DNA of 64,000 nucleotides from Azolla caroliniana (taxonomy: Eukaryota > Plantae > Polypodiophyta). Within the stretch, counting starts at the first letter, position 1. Each line of letters opens with the position of its first letter. Below, one piece after another: positions 47,976 to 61,413 of the stretch. The position numbers were made by a program, and so were the translations under genes. The stretch covers positions 9,734,001 to 9,798,000 of the forward strand of contig JBHGNT010000013.1 in the NCBI GenBank assembly GCA_043228905.1, given 5' to 3'. The notes beneath the pieces were generated by a model, which was given only the letters and a program-made list of their open reading frames with translations, was not told the origin of the DNA and ran no database searches.

Positions 47976-49931
47976 CTATACTTTTCCATCGATGTACCCG
48001 AATTGCCATTGCCATCTGATCCACCATATTCTTCGTCGACTCTTTGCATTTCCATGACCAATTGTCATGGCTCTATTTGCTCCTCTAGAGTATAATGCTT
48101 CACTCCTTATGCATGTGCCACCTTCATCTCGGCCATCTCCTTGGTCATCTAATTTTCTTTTATCATTCTTTCTTGTTCCATGCATGTCTTTCGAAGGCCT
48201 TATCGAAATACTATTCTTGAGTACTCTTAATGATTCATTCTTTACCGACATGCTCTCCTCTAGGTCCTTAAGTGACCACATTGCATGCTTCCCACTTTGT
48301 CCACTTTTGTGGTATATTCTCGTCTTGGAGTTGACTATGACTTCTACACTAGTATTATCCTAGTTAGATTTTGTGATCACATCTTTCATTTCCACTTGGC
48401 CCACTTGGCCCATATCTTTGCTTTTTGAGGTTTGCTTGGTCTCTTTGTCGCACACATTAGCTTTTGTCTTCATGCTTTGCTTGACCTCTTTGTCACATGC
48501 ATGGACTTTCGTCATTTTGCTTTGCTTTACGTCCTTGTTGCACACATTGGCTTTAACCCTTGCTTCCTCGCCGCCATCGTCCTTCGCTTGGGTCTTACAT
48601 CGGTTAATGCCCAAGTCTCTCAAACAAGTGTGCAGGAATTTTGTAGTTTGGCATTGCCTTTGTCGTGCTACCTTTAGCCACTTCCACCTTATGGTTGTTC
48701 GCATTGGCATTGATATTTGTTTCCTCACCGCCATCTTTCGTTTCTTGAGTCTTACATCGATTAATGCCCAAGTCTCAAGAACCTTTGTGGGGAGAGTCTC
48801 TTCATTATCATTGTTTACCCTCTTCGGCTTGACGTCATTCTTTATGGCTCTCTCTTTGAACTCATGGGCCTCATACCCATTAATCCTCTTGATCGAGCAA
48901 GCCTCGATTATTCTTCCCTCTTCTCTGCATGTGTTAGTTTTGGCCTTCACTTCCTCGCCCCCACCTTCCATCTCTTGGGTCTCACGTTGCCTTTTCGACA
49001 CAACTGCCCAAGTCTCTCAAACAAGTGTGGAGAAAGTCTCGACACGGCCATCCGCCATTGGCTCGTCCTCGGCCACCTCTGACTCGATGTCATTTTTCCT
49101 GGCTATCTCCGCAATCACATTGACCTCACACTTTTTATCTCCCTTGATCATGCAAGCTTTGCTCATGCTTACACCTTCATCACTTGATGTTTCAGACACG
49201 ATGTGTTTTTCGAAACATTTACCTTCGCTTGAAGTGGCATTCGCCACCCTCGATTCATTCGTTTCATTCTTCATCGTTGTTTCTTTGCAAGACGAGAAGG
49301 CGTCTTGTTCCACACCTTCTCCCGTGGTGTTGTCGTACCGAACTTGGGCCTTTGTATTGGCGGTATCATTACTCCACCTTTGTTGGGAAGTTTCTTCTTC
49401 CTTGATAACCATTTTAATCGGTTTTGGTTCCATTATAAGATTCTCTTTGGCCTCGACTTGCACCTTTAAATTCTCATATGCCTCGTTTATGAAGGCCTCT
49501 ATGTCAAGTACCATAGAACCTTCCCTCTTCAAGCTCTCTTCTTTAGGTGGTAGTTTGTAGTTGATTCTTGTCCTCCTTTCACCATCCGTCGTGGATTGTG
49601 TTGTTGCTGATAAGAATCTTGTCTTCCTCTTATCGTGTAATCGACCTTCTCTTTCCACTTTCATCCAATCCTCGGTGAGGCCATTTGCACCATCATCATC
49701 CTCAAGTCGAATTCCAATGGCCTTCCTTTCCTTCCGATCGATTAACTTCACAAACATTAGGACTTTTTCCACCCCTACCAATCTTTGATCCTGCTCCGGG
49801 AGTTGTGTGAAGCGACACTCGAACTCAACAAAAGCATGTATGACACTTTGGTGTGTCTTTAATGATGATACCCATTCGTCGAACTCGTATAAGCTGCATC
49901 TCTTCGGCTCTTTGTATCTATATGCCTCCAT
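47976..49931 (-). pseudogene. Decayed, N-truncated capsid plus repeat-tail ORF of element F, homologous to the B protein
   Basis: EFDEWVSS..EFECRFTQL..EKVLMFVK..LEDDDGANGLTEDW matches EFDRWMAS..EFERRFSQL..DKVLLFLE..LQDDYGAHGLTEEW in B. Split over ORFs 49017-49931, 48360-49001 and 47976-48281. Confidence 0.8.
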
Positions 49932-51154
49932 GAGATATCCTCCAACCGCCTCGTTTCACGTCGGGTTCAACAAAGATGTCGTGAAAATACGACGAGGATA
50001 CGTGAACTTGAGGCAGGACCCCGGGGCCTCCAACTAGAGGATATCACATTCGTGCATTTATATTTTTTAACAATTAATGGAAAGAAGAAATTTAATAATT
50101 TTTCATTAGCAAAGGAAAAGAAATTACAATATGTCCCAAGATTGGGATTCAGAAGTTTAGGTTTACTAAGTTTAATAGAAAAGAAAAATTAGGGGTTTTT
50201 GAGAGATATGGCTTTCGTAGGGAAAATTAGGGTTTTTTAGTGTTATGGCTTCCGTAGGGAAAATTAGGGTTTTTGAGTGTTATGGCTTCCGTAGGGAAAA
50301 TTAGGGTTTTTGAGTGATATGGCTTCCGTAGGGAAAATTAGGGCTTTTTAGTGTTATGGCTTCCGTAGGGAAAATAGGGTTTATGAGAGTTATGGCTTCC
50401 ATAAGATAAGGGAGCTGAGAAGGACAAGAAAAATAATATGGAGAGAGGATGAGTGTAGGAAAAAAATGGAATTTTATATGGAGTTCTCCGTTGATCATAA
50501 CCTTCAATGTTACTTTGCATGCCCACTTTTAGTTGCATGGCCTCTACTTTTAGTTGCATGCCTTTTTCTTTTAGTTGCATGCGACCGTCCACATGACCTT
50601 TACTTTAGTTTTCTTTACTTTACTTTAATTTGCCGCATGATCCAATCATCCGTCCGTCTTGATTGTTGCCCATCCAATCCGTCTGGTCCGCCAAATCCCG
50701 GTTTCCGGCTCCATCCAATTGTCGGTTCCGTTTTAATTACCGGCCAGTTCCAGTTAGCTTTCTGGTAGGTTCCAGTTTGTTTACCAATCAATTCCAATTT
50801 GGTTTCCGGCTTACCAGCCAGTTTCAGTTTGCTTACCGGCCAGTTTTGGTTGCTTAACGATCGGTTCCAATTTGGTTTTCGGCTTACAGGCTAGTTCCGG
50901 TTTGCTTACCAATCGATTCCAATTTGGTTTCCGGCTTACCAACCGGTTTCAAATTGATTTCCAGCCAGTTCCGGTTTGCTTTCTGGCCGGTTCCGGTTTG
51001 CTTACCAACCGGTTCCATTTTATTGTCAATCGGTTTTTGGGAACTTGGCCACATTCATCTGTCTAGACAAAATGGCCAAAGTGCTCTTAGCACAAATGAA
51101 AAATAAGGGATCTCAATATGCTTATATAGCCAGAGCCTTAAATTTCCTATCTAT

Positions 51155-51630
51155 GTCATAAGGCACGATGGGCTGATCTCATCCAGGACTTTGATTTTTC
51201 CATACGATATCGTAAAGGTTCCATGAACACTGTCACTGATGCATTGAGTCGCATCCGTGAAGTTAGCATGCTTAGCTTCACTGAAATAACATTAGATCTT
51301 TTATGATCACCTTTGAGGAAAGTATCCTTATGACAGTTATTTTGCAAAATATTGGGCAAGAGTTGACCCACCACAATGAGGAGTCTCGACATAGTCGATC
51401 ATCTATCAAATGAGGGTAGCTAGGCCTCATATCTATAGCTAGACCTAAGGCCCCCATGCAAGTTCATGCTTGGCCTAATGGGTTGTCCCTATCCCAAGGA
51501 TTAAAAGTAATCATTTCCTTCTTTACACTTTCGTTTAACCCTCACACTTTATCCACGTGTATAGAATACTACGATAATACTTACCATGGGATATGGTCAT
51601 GGCTGTAACACAATTTTTACATGGGGGACT
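51155..51630. mobile_element. Rearranged chromovirus fragment: pol piece (+) fused to an inverted LTR piece (-)
   Basis: 51155-51366 is a diverged copy of 30041-30250. 51357 to ~51630 is the reverse complement of ~9160-9431. Confidence 0.85.
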
Positions 51631-52189
51631 GTTTTCTGAGGGTCTTTGGATGAGCATGTATCTTTGTACGAGGTGGAGCAATGCACGAAAGCATTAATGT
51701 ATTGGAGAATACAACTGAAGCAGTTCTTCCTAACATTCTTGGTGGTAAAGTTTTTAGAAATTCTTTTGTTTGGAATATTGTTTTAGTTAATGCTTATGGG
51801 TGTGGTGGAAGTGTCGTTGTAGCAAGAAATATGAAGGCATCGAGTACAATGTGGTGGATATAAGATGTTGTGGGACAACTTGGTGCACACAATTAAGGGA
51901 GAGTATAATAGTATTAAAGGAACATCGGAAAAGGTGCATAAGAAAATGCGAAAAAAAAATCTGTAAAATATGGTGGCCAATACCTCTCTGGTTGGATGAG
52001 TCACATGAAGATCGTTGGATTTATGTTCCACCACATTGGCTATTCTCACCCCCTAGTCCTTTCTTATTTCAAACATAATTGTGAGGTATATAGTTTCTTC
52101 TTTTCTCTTTATCTTACAGGTTGACATGAAGCACATAAAAGAGGCAGATGGGATTGGGGTAGTTCTATGGACTGACAAGGGCGAGATGG

Positions 52190-52855
52190 TGGATGTAGAA
52201 AATGAAGCTTTTTTGGATTTTGGATAAGGATTAGTGATGATGGTGTTGAGGGTTGTAACATAATTTAATAAGACGAGGAGAGTAGTGTCCTTTTGGTTTT
52301 TTAGGTACACAATTTTAGTGGTAACTCAACAAGAGTGAGATGGTTGATGTGGATTATTGAAGCACAATTCATGTTTTTGATAAGGATGAGTGATGGTGGT
52401 GTGGGGGCTGAAGCATAGTTTCTTCAGAAAACTAAGTTGTTTGTATGTACATGATTGTGGCGGTAATCAACGAGAAGTTTGATGTGGACTTGAGGAAGCA
52501 AAATGCATGTTTTTGATAAGGATGAGTGTTGGTGGTGTGGGGGTTGAAGCATAATCTATACAGAAGACTAGACTCATTTACTTGTTTGTATGTATAGGTT
52601 TTGGCAGTAATCCGCGAGAAGTTGATGTGGACTTGATGAAGCAAAATGTATGTTTTTGGATAAGGATGAGTGATGAGGGTGTGGGGGGTGAAGCATAATC
52701 TCATGAGAGGATGAGGAAAAAAGACTCATGTATTGTTGTATGTGCAGGATTTTGGTGGTATTTGGCGAGATGGATGATGTGGACTTAATGACGTAGAATT
52801 TATGTTTTGGATAATGATGAGTGATGATGGTGTGGAGGTCGAAGCACATTCTCAT
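52190..52855. repeat. Degenerate tandem repeat, about five units of 135-150 bp
   Basis: The core gatgtggacttga..aagcaaaatg.atgttttt.gataaggatgagtg.tggtggtgtgggg..tgaagcata recurs at ~52192, 52346, 52481, 52624 and 52776. Confidence 0.75.
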
Positions 52856-53589
52856 GAGGAGATGAGGAATATAGACACATTTTATTGTTTATGTGCGGGG
52901 GAATAGATTGTAATTTCTAGACTGTTTTCTCTATGTTGGAGTACATAGATTTGTTTCCTCAACCGTTGTCTACACAAGACGGGGTTGGGAAAAAATACTT
53001 TGTATGATGTAACCGTTATGACCTTTCTTTATAACTAGTGGAAGGATAATTTGTTTTAGAAAAAAAAAGGTATCGAGAATGATGATATAATTGGTGTATG
53101 TGAAATGCCTTAGTTTTTTTATGCTCAATATGGGGTTCAAAGATACATTCAACACTTGAAAGGCATATTGGTAATGGCAAATTTCCTTATTTGAAACTTT
53201 TGGGCGGTTATCAGATGCAGAATTAGGGATATGTAGACTGCTAAGACATCGTGTCTATTGTTTGTATTAGTGTTTATCCCATGGGTCCATAACGATACAC
53301 ATCTAGAGATGAGGGATGCCATGGAAACTCTAATCGAGTTTGTGGTGAGGCAATAGGATATATCATATTCCATCTACTGGGATTTGACTTTCTTAATTAA
53401 TACCTTACTATTTAATGGAGAGATAGATATATTTTTACCATCCACAGGGGATCGACCCAATCGAGGCCTAGTCTAGTCCATGAATAATGCAAAACTCATA
53501 TACGAGGATGTATTCCATGAATTTCAGCAGAGCGCCGGTTGGATGATATCCTTGTATCACAAACCTAGCGTATTAAAAGTAGTAGTGAT

Positions 53590-55526
53590 GAATCAAGAGA
53601 TGAACCGCTCCATCGCACCTACCTCTGCGTCAGCGCCCATGACCAAGGTTGTTGTCGCTCTTGCGGCTGCCTCTGCATGTGTACACACAGGTCTGCCACA
53701 TGCCTCACCTCTTCAAGCTACCTCTCATGATGCTTCCTTACCTTCCTCTTCTCAAGCTCCATTTCCTCACGCTCCCTTACTTTCCTCTCCCCAAAAATCC
53801 TTACCTTCATCTGTTGTGGCTACTAGAACAACCACCACATGTATGGTTGATCTGACAACATGCGGACAGGGGAATAAGACAATGGTGTTGCCTGCATATT
53901 CGCCTGTTACTCTAGCCACTAAGGTTGTTGCGTCAAGGTCGTTGGAGGGATCATCTGTTGAAGGAAAGTTTAGGATTGAAAGAGACAACAAGCAATCAGA
54001 AGTGGCAAGAACTTTGCTTAATGGGGTTGTAGGTGTTGGTTCGATGAACATTGATGCAGGTTCAAGACAAGAACAATCACCACAAGGTCGTGATCAACTT
54101 TATCGAGACTCCAATATAACTAACCCAGATGTAACTCCTATTTCAGACAATGTGGTTGAACTCCTGTTATCAGAACAAGATAGGATTCATATCTTGCAAG
54201 AGATTCAAGTGATGGAAAGGCGGACGATCATTGCACGTGTTGGGGATTCATTTGTCGCGTGCTTATCTATGTTTATTGTTGCAAGCTGCTTTAAAACAAG
54301 ATGTTGACAATATTGTGGATGTGCAGATGTTAGGAAGGAACTACTATCAACTTGAGTTCGAATCAAATCGAATGGTGCCATTTATGTTAGAATGGAAAGT
54401 TATTGCAGTCAAGGGATGATGGGTTTCTTTTCACAAATGGATCCACAATTTCTCGGCAAACTATGTATACTGTGAACTTGACTCTCTTTATACATGTATG
54501 GTGGTTCTCCCGAACTTGCGTAAAGAATGGATAAATTCTATCGCTTTAATTGTTGCTACGATTGGTACAGTATTAGAGGTATATGATAAGCCACGAAAAG
54601 AAGGAGACAAAATGTTAGGTGCGATGTCGGCTAAGATTCTAGTTTCTAAGGCTAAGGTATTGTCGTCTCACATTCTGTTGCCCAATTTGTTGGACTCAAT
54701 GCAGTCTCCGTATTCTCAGAAAATCATGTACCGAGGTCTGCCCAATCAAAGTTTTCGGTGTTTCGGGTTTGGCCATTTGACCAAACATTGTCCTAAGTTT
54801 CATAATGCCTCTCATATAGTGGAGTCATCTACGACCATTATTCCATACAAGGCCTCATCTAACGGATGGAGTATAATAGGGAATAAGAAAACATCTTGAC
54901 CAAGTAAAACTCAACAAGTACATCCTAATAACCTTCAGGAATTTCCTCCCATTCAAAATAAATATACAACACTTTAGGTAGATGACGAGGATCCTCAAGT
55001 GCCACTTGCTACAGGTTCATTGATCTTGTTGAAGACTGATACATGTCCCCCAATGACAACAATGCCTTCTAAGTCATCTTCTCGGTTGATAGAGGGTCAA
55101 CCACCTATCAAAAGTATACAGGGATCTCAGTTGAGTTTTCCTATTAAAACAATCTCGCCAGATAAATTGAAACAGAAGGAAGATAACATAGAGATTGAAG
55201 TAGCTCAACAAGGAAAGCTAGAGCTACAAGGGCAGGAGAAGATGGCGGCTATCACTATCCAACGATTGGAGGAAGTTGCACATGTACCTACAACTGATAA
55301 TAACAAAGGAAAAACTCTTCATGAGAAAAAGGAAACAATGGAAGTAGAATTGTTATTGACAGAGAAAGAGGCCAATGGTTTCAAGTTTGGATCCTTGAAG
55401 CATATGGCAATAGGCCAGGTGTTGGATAAGGCTATCAAAGAGCATAGGGTTCATAAGTATGCAGGGAAGGTGTTGCTAACAAAGCGAAAAATCCGCGCTC
55501 AAGAGGGTGCTAAGAAGAGTCGTTAG
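53590..55526 (+). pseudogene. LINE ORF1 remnant (RRM/DUF4283-like region and zinc knuckle)
   Basis: VQMLGRNYYQLEF, VLPNLRKEW and the knuckle YRGLPNQSFRCFGFGHLTKHCP (CX2CX4HX4C with the first Cys mutated). Frameshifted. Confidence 0.75.
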
Positions 55527-55569
55527 GATGTTCTCCTTGAGAAACAGACATCTTTAAATCATATGTAGT

Positions 55570-58500
55570 ATGGACAAGTTAAAGATCCTTTCTTGGAACG
55601 TGCAAGACCTGGGAGGTCAGGCCTTTCCTAGATTTAAAGGAATTATACGAGCAGATCTAGATACACCTAATGTTGGTGCTATTGATATTCTCTTTTTGCA
55701 AGAGCATCAGTTGTCTGTTGATAGGCTACGAAGTTATGGTTCCATCCTACTAGGGAGATGGATACATTTCTAGGTCCCAACGATAGGTCCAAATAGTAGA
55801 CAAGTTGGTTGATGTATGGCTATTAAAGAACAATGGGCATCCATCATAGTCTCGACAGGTACTATTTTGTATAAAAGGGCGCAATTTCTTATTCTTCAAA
55901 TAGGACCTCAAAAGATTGGTATTATAAATCTATATGCTTCTAACTCTGCCTCAAAAAGAGCTTCCTTTTGGATTTCTCTTTCTGAATACGCCGGATTATC
56001 ATATTCTTAGCTTGTGGGTGGTGACTTTAACATGATTGAAGAAGCATATGATAGAGGGGGAGGCTCAATCAGTACAATTACAGGCCGAGAAGCTAGAGCT
56101 TGGGATTCCTTCTGTTTCTCTTTTGGTTTATTGGACCTATGGAAGCCATTCCTCGAATGCAAGGCTCTCTTCATTTCTCCCGATCAAATGGTAGTGTGAT
56201 TGCAACTAAATTGGCACGATTGGATAGGTTCTATGCTAGTAGCTTCTTTTGGGAAGCTTCTAGATCTATGGGGATTATTGTTGGGACGATAACTTCTGAT
56301 CATTATCCATTGAAGTTAAACATTGTATTCACCAGAAGATCCTATCTTAAGGAATTCCGCATCCCCATATCATTGCTTGGCGATGAAACTCATAGAGTTT
56401 CTATAGCTCAAATATGGTCTAAATATAGCTTCTCTAATGCCTTTCTGCTCAGATATGTCACTTATGCCATCCTTGACATCAAGAGTTTCTTCATAAATAT
56501 AGTTGCCTCTTCAGTTGATCCATGCAGTGCACTGATTACTAATTTGCGTCGAGCATTGGCTGCAACACAAAGGTTATTGGAAAAATACCCAAACTCACAT
56601 ATGCTACTCTCGGATTTACAAGTAAAAAGAAATTTAAAAGAAAAGCAACATGCGAGAGGCTTGTATTTCTACCAGTGTAATACAACTTCTTGGTCACAGA
56701 AGCAGGATAGGGTTAGTAGAGAGTTCTTTAGTAAATTTAAACAGAAGTATAAAACATTGTCTATTAAAACCCTAAAACGACTTGATGGTTCTTTTACAAT
56801 GGATGATTCTGAGATGTGGGACATAGCTACAACATATTACCATCAATTGTTATATATGCTAAATCCTTCTCGAAGGAAGATCTTAATAAGATACAACTTG
56901 TACTAGAAACAATAAAACAGAAGGTTACTCATGTAATGGCTTCCCAGTTGCTTCAACCATTTACAGACACTGAAGTCTGGACAATGGCTAAATCCTTGGG
57001 TAAATATGTGTGTCCTGGAAAGGATGTCATAGGAGTAGTATTCTATTTGCATTACTGGGACTTGTTGGGGCCTATTCTTACTAGAGCAATTAATTTAATT
57101 TTCTCAACAATGAATATGCTCGATGAATGGACGGAAAGAATCATATACATGATTCCGAAATCAGATGCTCAATGTAATGAAATCTCAAAATGGTGTCCAA
57201 TAACTTTGCTTAACGACATCTATAAAATAGTAGCAAAGACTATAGCCAATAGAATGTGATCGCTGTTTCTGTCGATTATACATGATACACAATTAGGATT
57301 CCTTCAAGACAGAAGCATCTTTGACAATATCTTCCTTTGTTGGGAGATGATTGCATTGGCTCAACATCACAAACAGTCCCTTGCTATACTATTATTAGAT
57401 TTTGAGAAAGCATATGATAAAGTAGATTGGGACTTTCTGGAGGCAGTTCTATTAAGATTAGGGTTTCCAAGTGCATGGATAAAAGGTGTGTCTGCATTAT
57501 ATAGACATACTTCTAGCTCGATTCTATTTTCTGGAGGCAATGGTACATTATTTCCAATTTCCAAATATGTCTGACAAGGTTGTCCGTTAGCACTGTTTCT
57601 TTTCATTCTATTTGGGGAAGCTCTACCATCTTTTCTTAGATCCTCGACAACGACCATCCAAGCAATAACCTTACCTATTGCAAACTTGACAGTTCTTGAT
57701 GCTGAGTTTGCGGATGACATTACTCTTTATATTCGTGGAGATGTTATTAATCTTGATCGGGTACAGAATGCTTTACATATATTTTCAGATGCTACTGGAG
57801 CCTCTCTCAAATGGAATAAATCTGTAGGCCTTTGGGCCATTGATGAACCGCGTCTAGAGTGGTATCCAGGCCTTGCATTCCGTTGGCTTAATCATGGTAG
57901 CCCATTCATTACTTAGGTTGTCTTGTTGGTATAGATTTACCATATGAAGTGATAGTATCACCATTGCTATTATCAATCAAGCGTAAGTTGGTATATTGGG
58001 ACTCGCAACAGTTATCCTTTGCAGGTCGGGTGGTCATTGCAAATTCAGTGTTGTTGGCCTCAATGTAGTTTATCGCATCTGCTTGGTTGTTCTCTAGGTC
58101 GGCAATCATGAAAGTTCAAAGCCTCATACGTAACTTCCTCTGGGGTGGAAAAAATTGGTCTCGTGCGGTGGCCAAGGTGGCATGGGATGTTTTGATTAGG
58201 CCAAAAAGCCAAGGAGGGTTGGCTTTAATAGATCCCTTGATACAATCTCGAGCTCTCTTGACAAAGTTTGTAGTAAGAGGACTGTTGCTAGGGACAGGGA
58301 CATGGAAGGGTATGCTGCTTAATCAACTAATGCAATTATCTCCCAAGACGGGAGGAAACTGGTTGCCTTCTTTGAAATGGATGTTCTTGACAGATGTACA
58401 AACATAGAGACAAAATCTGAGATCCAATAGATTTCTCGTGGGAATTGTCAGAGCATGGATGTAATCAAGTTTTTTTTACACAAGCAAATGCCTAACATGT

Positions 58501-59815
58501 GGGATGGTTGGATGAATCAGCCGCTTTTGGCTAATTCTCTCGTCCGGGATTCTATTGGAAATGTATTGGGCCTTAGACCTCGTCTTGCATGGGGAAAACT
58601 TGACAATGGGCCAACAACATCAATAGGATCCTGGATTCATTTTCAACTGATGGCAGAAGTGGATTGGCTTAAGCAATTACACTCGATATATGGGGTGAAG
58701 ACAATGACAATGGATATTTCAGCGGCCTTCTCACATGCCTCAACGTGACTTCAGCCAATGCAGGAGCATATGTGGTTTGGTTGCCTTACGAATGGCATGA
58801 TGCTCTTTGTTAAAGGAATTTCTACAGACAAGTGTATTTTTTATTTCCATATTCAACAGGATAATAAATTGCAGCCTTATAAACCCTCAAATAATTTACT
58901 AAAAAACCTAATAGTTGTTCCAGTTAGGATGATTGCCAAAACTGATAAGAAATGACTCTTGGATCCACAACCGTCAATAGCCCATTTGTGGGATATGCTT
59001 TGGTTATATGCACGACAACTAGTTAATAGGCTGAAGTAGGACCCAGGGGGATGGTTCTAGACTAGTCCCATGATGGATCCAATGCAGAAAGTTTCGTTCT
59101 TTCAGCATACTGTAAAATTTGGTAGAACCTTACTCATGTCTAAGAATATTCCAACTCCTGTGGCTCAAAAGCACTAGAGTAAGTGGGGTGTTTCAAGCAA
59201 TCATTTGAAGGCTTATTGGAAATGGATTTGGTCCTTTAGGGGACCAACAAAATACATTATCTTCAGATGGCTTTTACTACAGGCAACACTACTAGTAGAT
59301 CAATAGTCATTGAAAGGAAATGTGGCAACCGTTCTTACACAATGTAGTTATTGCAATGACTTGCAGGAAACTACCAAGCATGCTCTCTGGTATTGTTCAC
59401 TAGCCCAACAGGTATGGAATAAAGTTCTTTCTTTATTCTTGACAATTAATGCAGGTTGCCTCTCATCCTAGGGATCAACGGTATGGGGGGTTCTCCATTC
59501 CAGTCTCTTATTGTATGAGGCAAATGATGCTCTAGAGGCTAAGACAATCATCAACATGCATCTAATATCTGTCTCCCCTTTTTAGCAACCTCTAAAGCAA
59601 ATGCGTGCAACCCATGTATGGAAAACAATATCTACAGTTACATTATGGACCTTATGGAAGTATCGATGTAAAAGACGATATGATTCCATAATTCCCCTTC
59701 TCTCAGATATATTGCCGGAATTATGGGAAAGCTTATTGGATGTATTACATGGGCAATATGACAATATGTCGGGATCTTCGGAGGTTGTTCTTAAGAAAAG
59801 GAAAAAATTAATGCA
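55570..59815 (+). pseudogene. LINE ORF2 remnant (APE endonuclease, reverse transcriptase, zf-RVT)
   Basis: Endonuclease ILSWNV, ILFLQEH, INLYAS, GGDFN, RLDRFY and SDHYP. RT PITLLNDIYKIVAK, LLLDFEKAYDKVDW, QGCPLA and FADDITL. Then RNFLWGG..KVAW and C..C...ETTKHALWYC. Confidence 0.92.
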
Positions 59816-60132
59816 TGTTGAGCGGCAAGCTCAACCGGATCCGGATCGGCATCCGAAAGCATGAGCCGAATCGGTGAGCCGATTAGCCGGATCAAGCAGT
59901 AACCGGAAGCCTAGTAGCAACCTAGACTACTAGGTAGTTAATGTCTCGTAGTTAGTGTCAGACGCTTGTGTGAGCATTGAAGTACACCGCACTTCTGTCA
60001 GTTCTCTTAGGACTTGTATAAATAGTGTTGTTGAGCACGTTGTATGTACAGAGAATTTTATAGAGTTGTTGATAATAGATTTGAGTTGTTATGCTCTTTC
60101 TCTGTCTCTCCTGCTTACCTTCTGTGTGTTAA

Positions 60133-60184
<52 letters not shown>

Positions 60185-60991
60185 GCTATCCGGTTTTCTA
60201 CATGGAAGGAGAAGGCCAAGACCCGAACATGGTCCGATGTGGTGAAAGGCTTGGAACCGGAAGAAGAATTGGGAGTGACCAATTCGGACAAGAGCTGGAA
60301 CGAATCAGAGATAGCCGATTCGGTTCAACAGACGGATTCGGAAGAACCGGATCAATTCAAGGCCAAGAGGACGAGAAGACAACGAAAGTCGACGCCAACA
60401 CGAAGGAATCGACGAATCGGCAAGCGCCGAAGTCACAACAACGAGGGAGCTGAATTGGGCCTGTTAAGCAGACAAGCCGACCGAGGAGATCGAGGTGCGC
60501 AAAATCAGAAGGGTCACGGCAAACGTGACCAGACCGGACGAGGAGTGCGAGCGTGGCGGAGTGACGCTAGAAGGAGCCAGGTGGAAGGACCGGCTGCCAT
60601 GGAGACTGACACTACGATCCGAGCTCAAGTTGAGCTTGAGGGGGAGTGTTGAGCGGCAAGCTCAACCGGATCCGGATTAGCTGAATAAGCCTGAGCCGGA
60701 TCGGTGAGCCGGTGAGCAAGCGAGCCGGTGAGCTAGGGAGCTAGTTAGCCGGATCAAGCAGTAACCGGAAGCCCAGTAGTAGCCTAGACTACTAGGTAGT
60801 TAATGTCTCGTAGTTAGTGTCAAACGCTCGTGTGAGCATTGAAGTACATCACACTTTTGTCAGTTCTCTTAGGACTTGTATAAATAGTGTTGTTGAGCAC
60901 GTTGTATGTACAGAGAATTTTATAGAGTTGTTGATAATAGATTTGAGTTGTTCTGCTCTTTCTCTGTCTCTCCTGCGTACCTTATGTGTGT

Positions 60992-61032
<41 letters not shown>

Positions 61033-61082
61033 GCTATCCGGCTAAGCCGGTTGTCTAACGCTTTCGCACCTTCGTTTTTACA
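59816..61082 (+). mobile_element. Element H: copia-derived TRIM-like element (LTRs 59816-60202 and 60647-61082)
   Basis: Both LTRs start TGTTGAGCGGCAAGCTCAACC and end TACA. PPT ttgagggggag. TSD atgca/ctgca (4 of 5 match). The 444-bp interior is homologous to the copia 3' region at 40378-41537. Only TGG of the PBS remains. Confidence 0.88.
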
Positions 61083-61365
61083 CTGCAATTATGGAGGAAG
61101 TTGCCTCTATTCACGGTCTCCTCTGAAGGACCAATATGGAAATATTATCACTCATGGTCCTTGCCCTGATCATCATTTTTGTATATAACACTCACTAATT
61201 GTACATTTTATAGCCTTCCGGCGTTTTTTCCTAATACTAATGGAGGAAATCTTTTTGGAAAAAGAAGTAGTAGTGATAAAATAACATGTTTTCGCCTCTA
61301 GTCTCAATGTTGTGGCTAACTAGGCTACCGCCTCTTTCCCAATCAAACTATCAAACTTCACCACC

Positions 61366-61366
<1 letters not shown>

Positions 61367-61409
<43 letters not shown>
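61367..61409. repeat. (CA)n microsatellite near the NOT4 5' end
   Basis: CA run, followed by a (CT)n run at ~61482-61504. Confidence 0.9.

Positions 61410-61413
<4 letters not shown>

Larger units (their letters stand above)
46474..51154 (-). mobile_element. Element F: pol-less Trp-primed LTR element with 1.4-kb LTRs; 5' LTR truncated
   Basis: LTRs at 46474-47908 and 49977-51154 (the last ~200 bp are missing). PBS at 49956-49972 with one mismatch. PPT element at 47909-47950. Left flank is CCGG. Confidence 0.9.
53590..61170 (+). mobile_element. Decayed L1-clade LINE (ORF1 and ORF2), interrupted near its 3' end by TRIM H
   Basis: ORF1 and ORF2 remnants lie in tandem on the plus strand. The ORF2 C-terminus reads through the TRIM insertion site as KKLMQLWRKLPLF. 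Both element ends are approximate. Confidence 0.88.
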
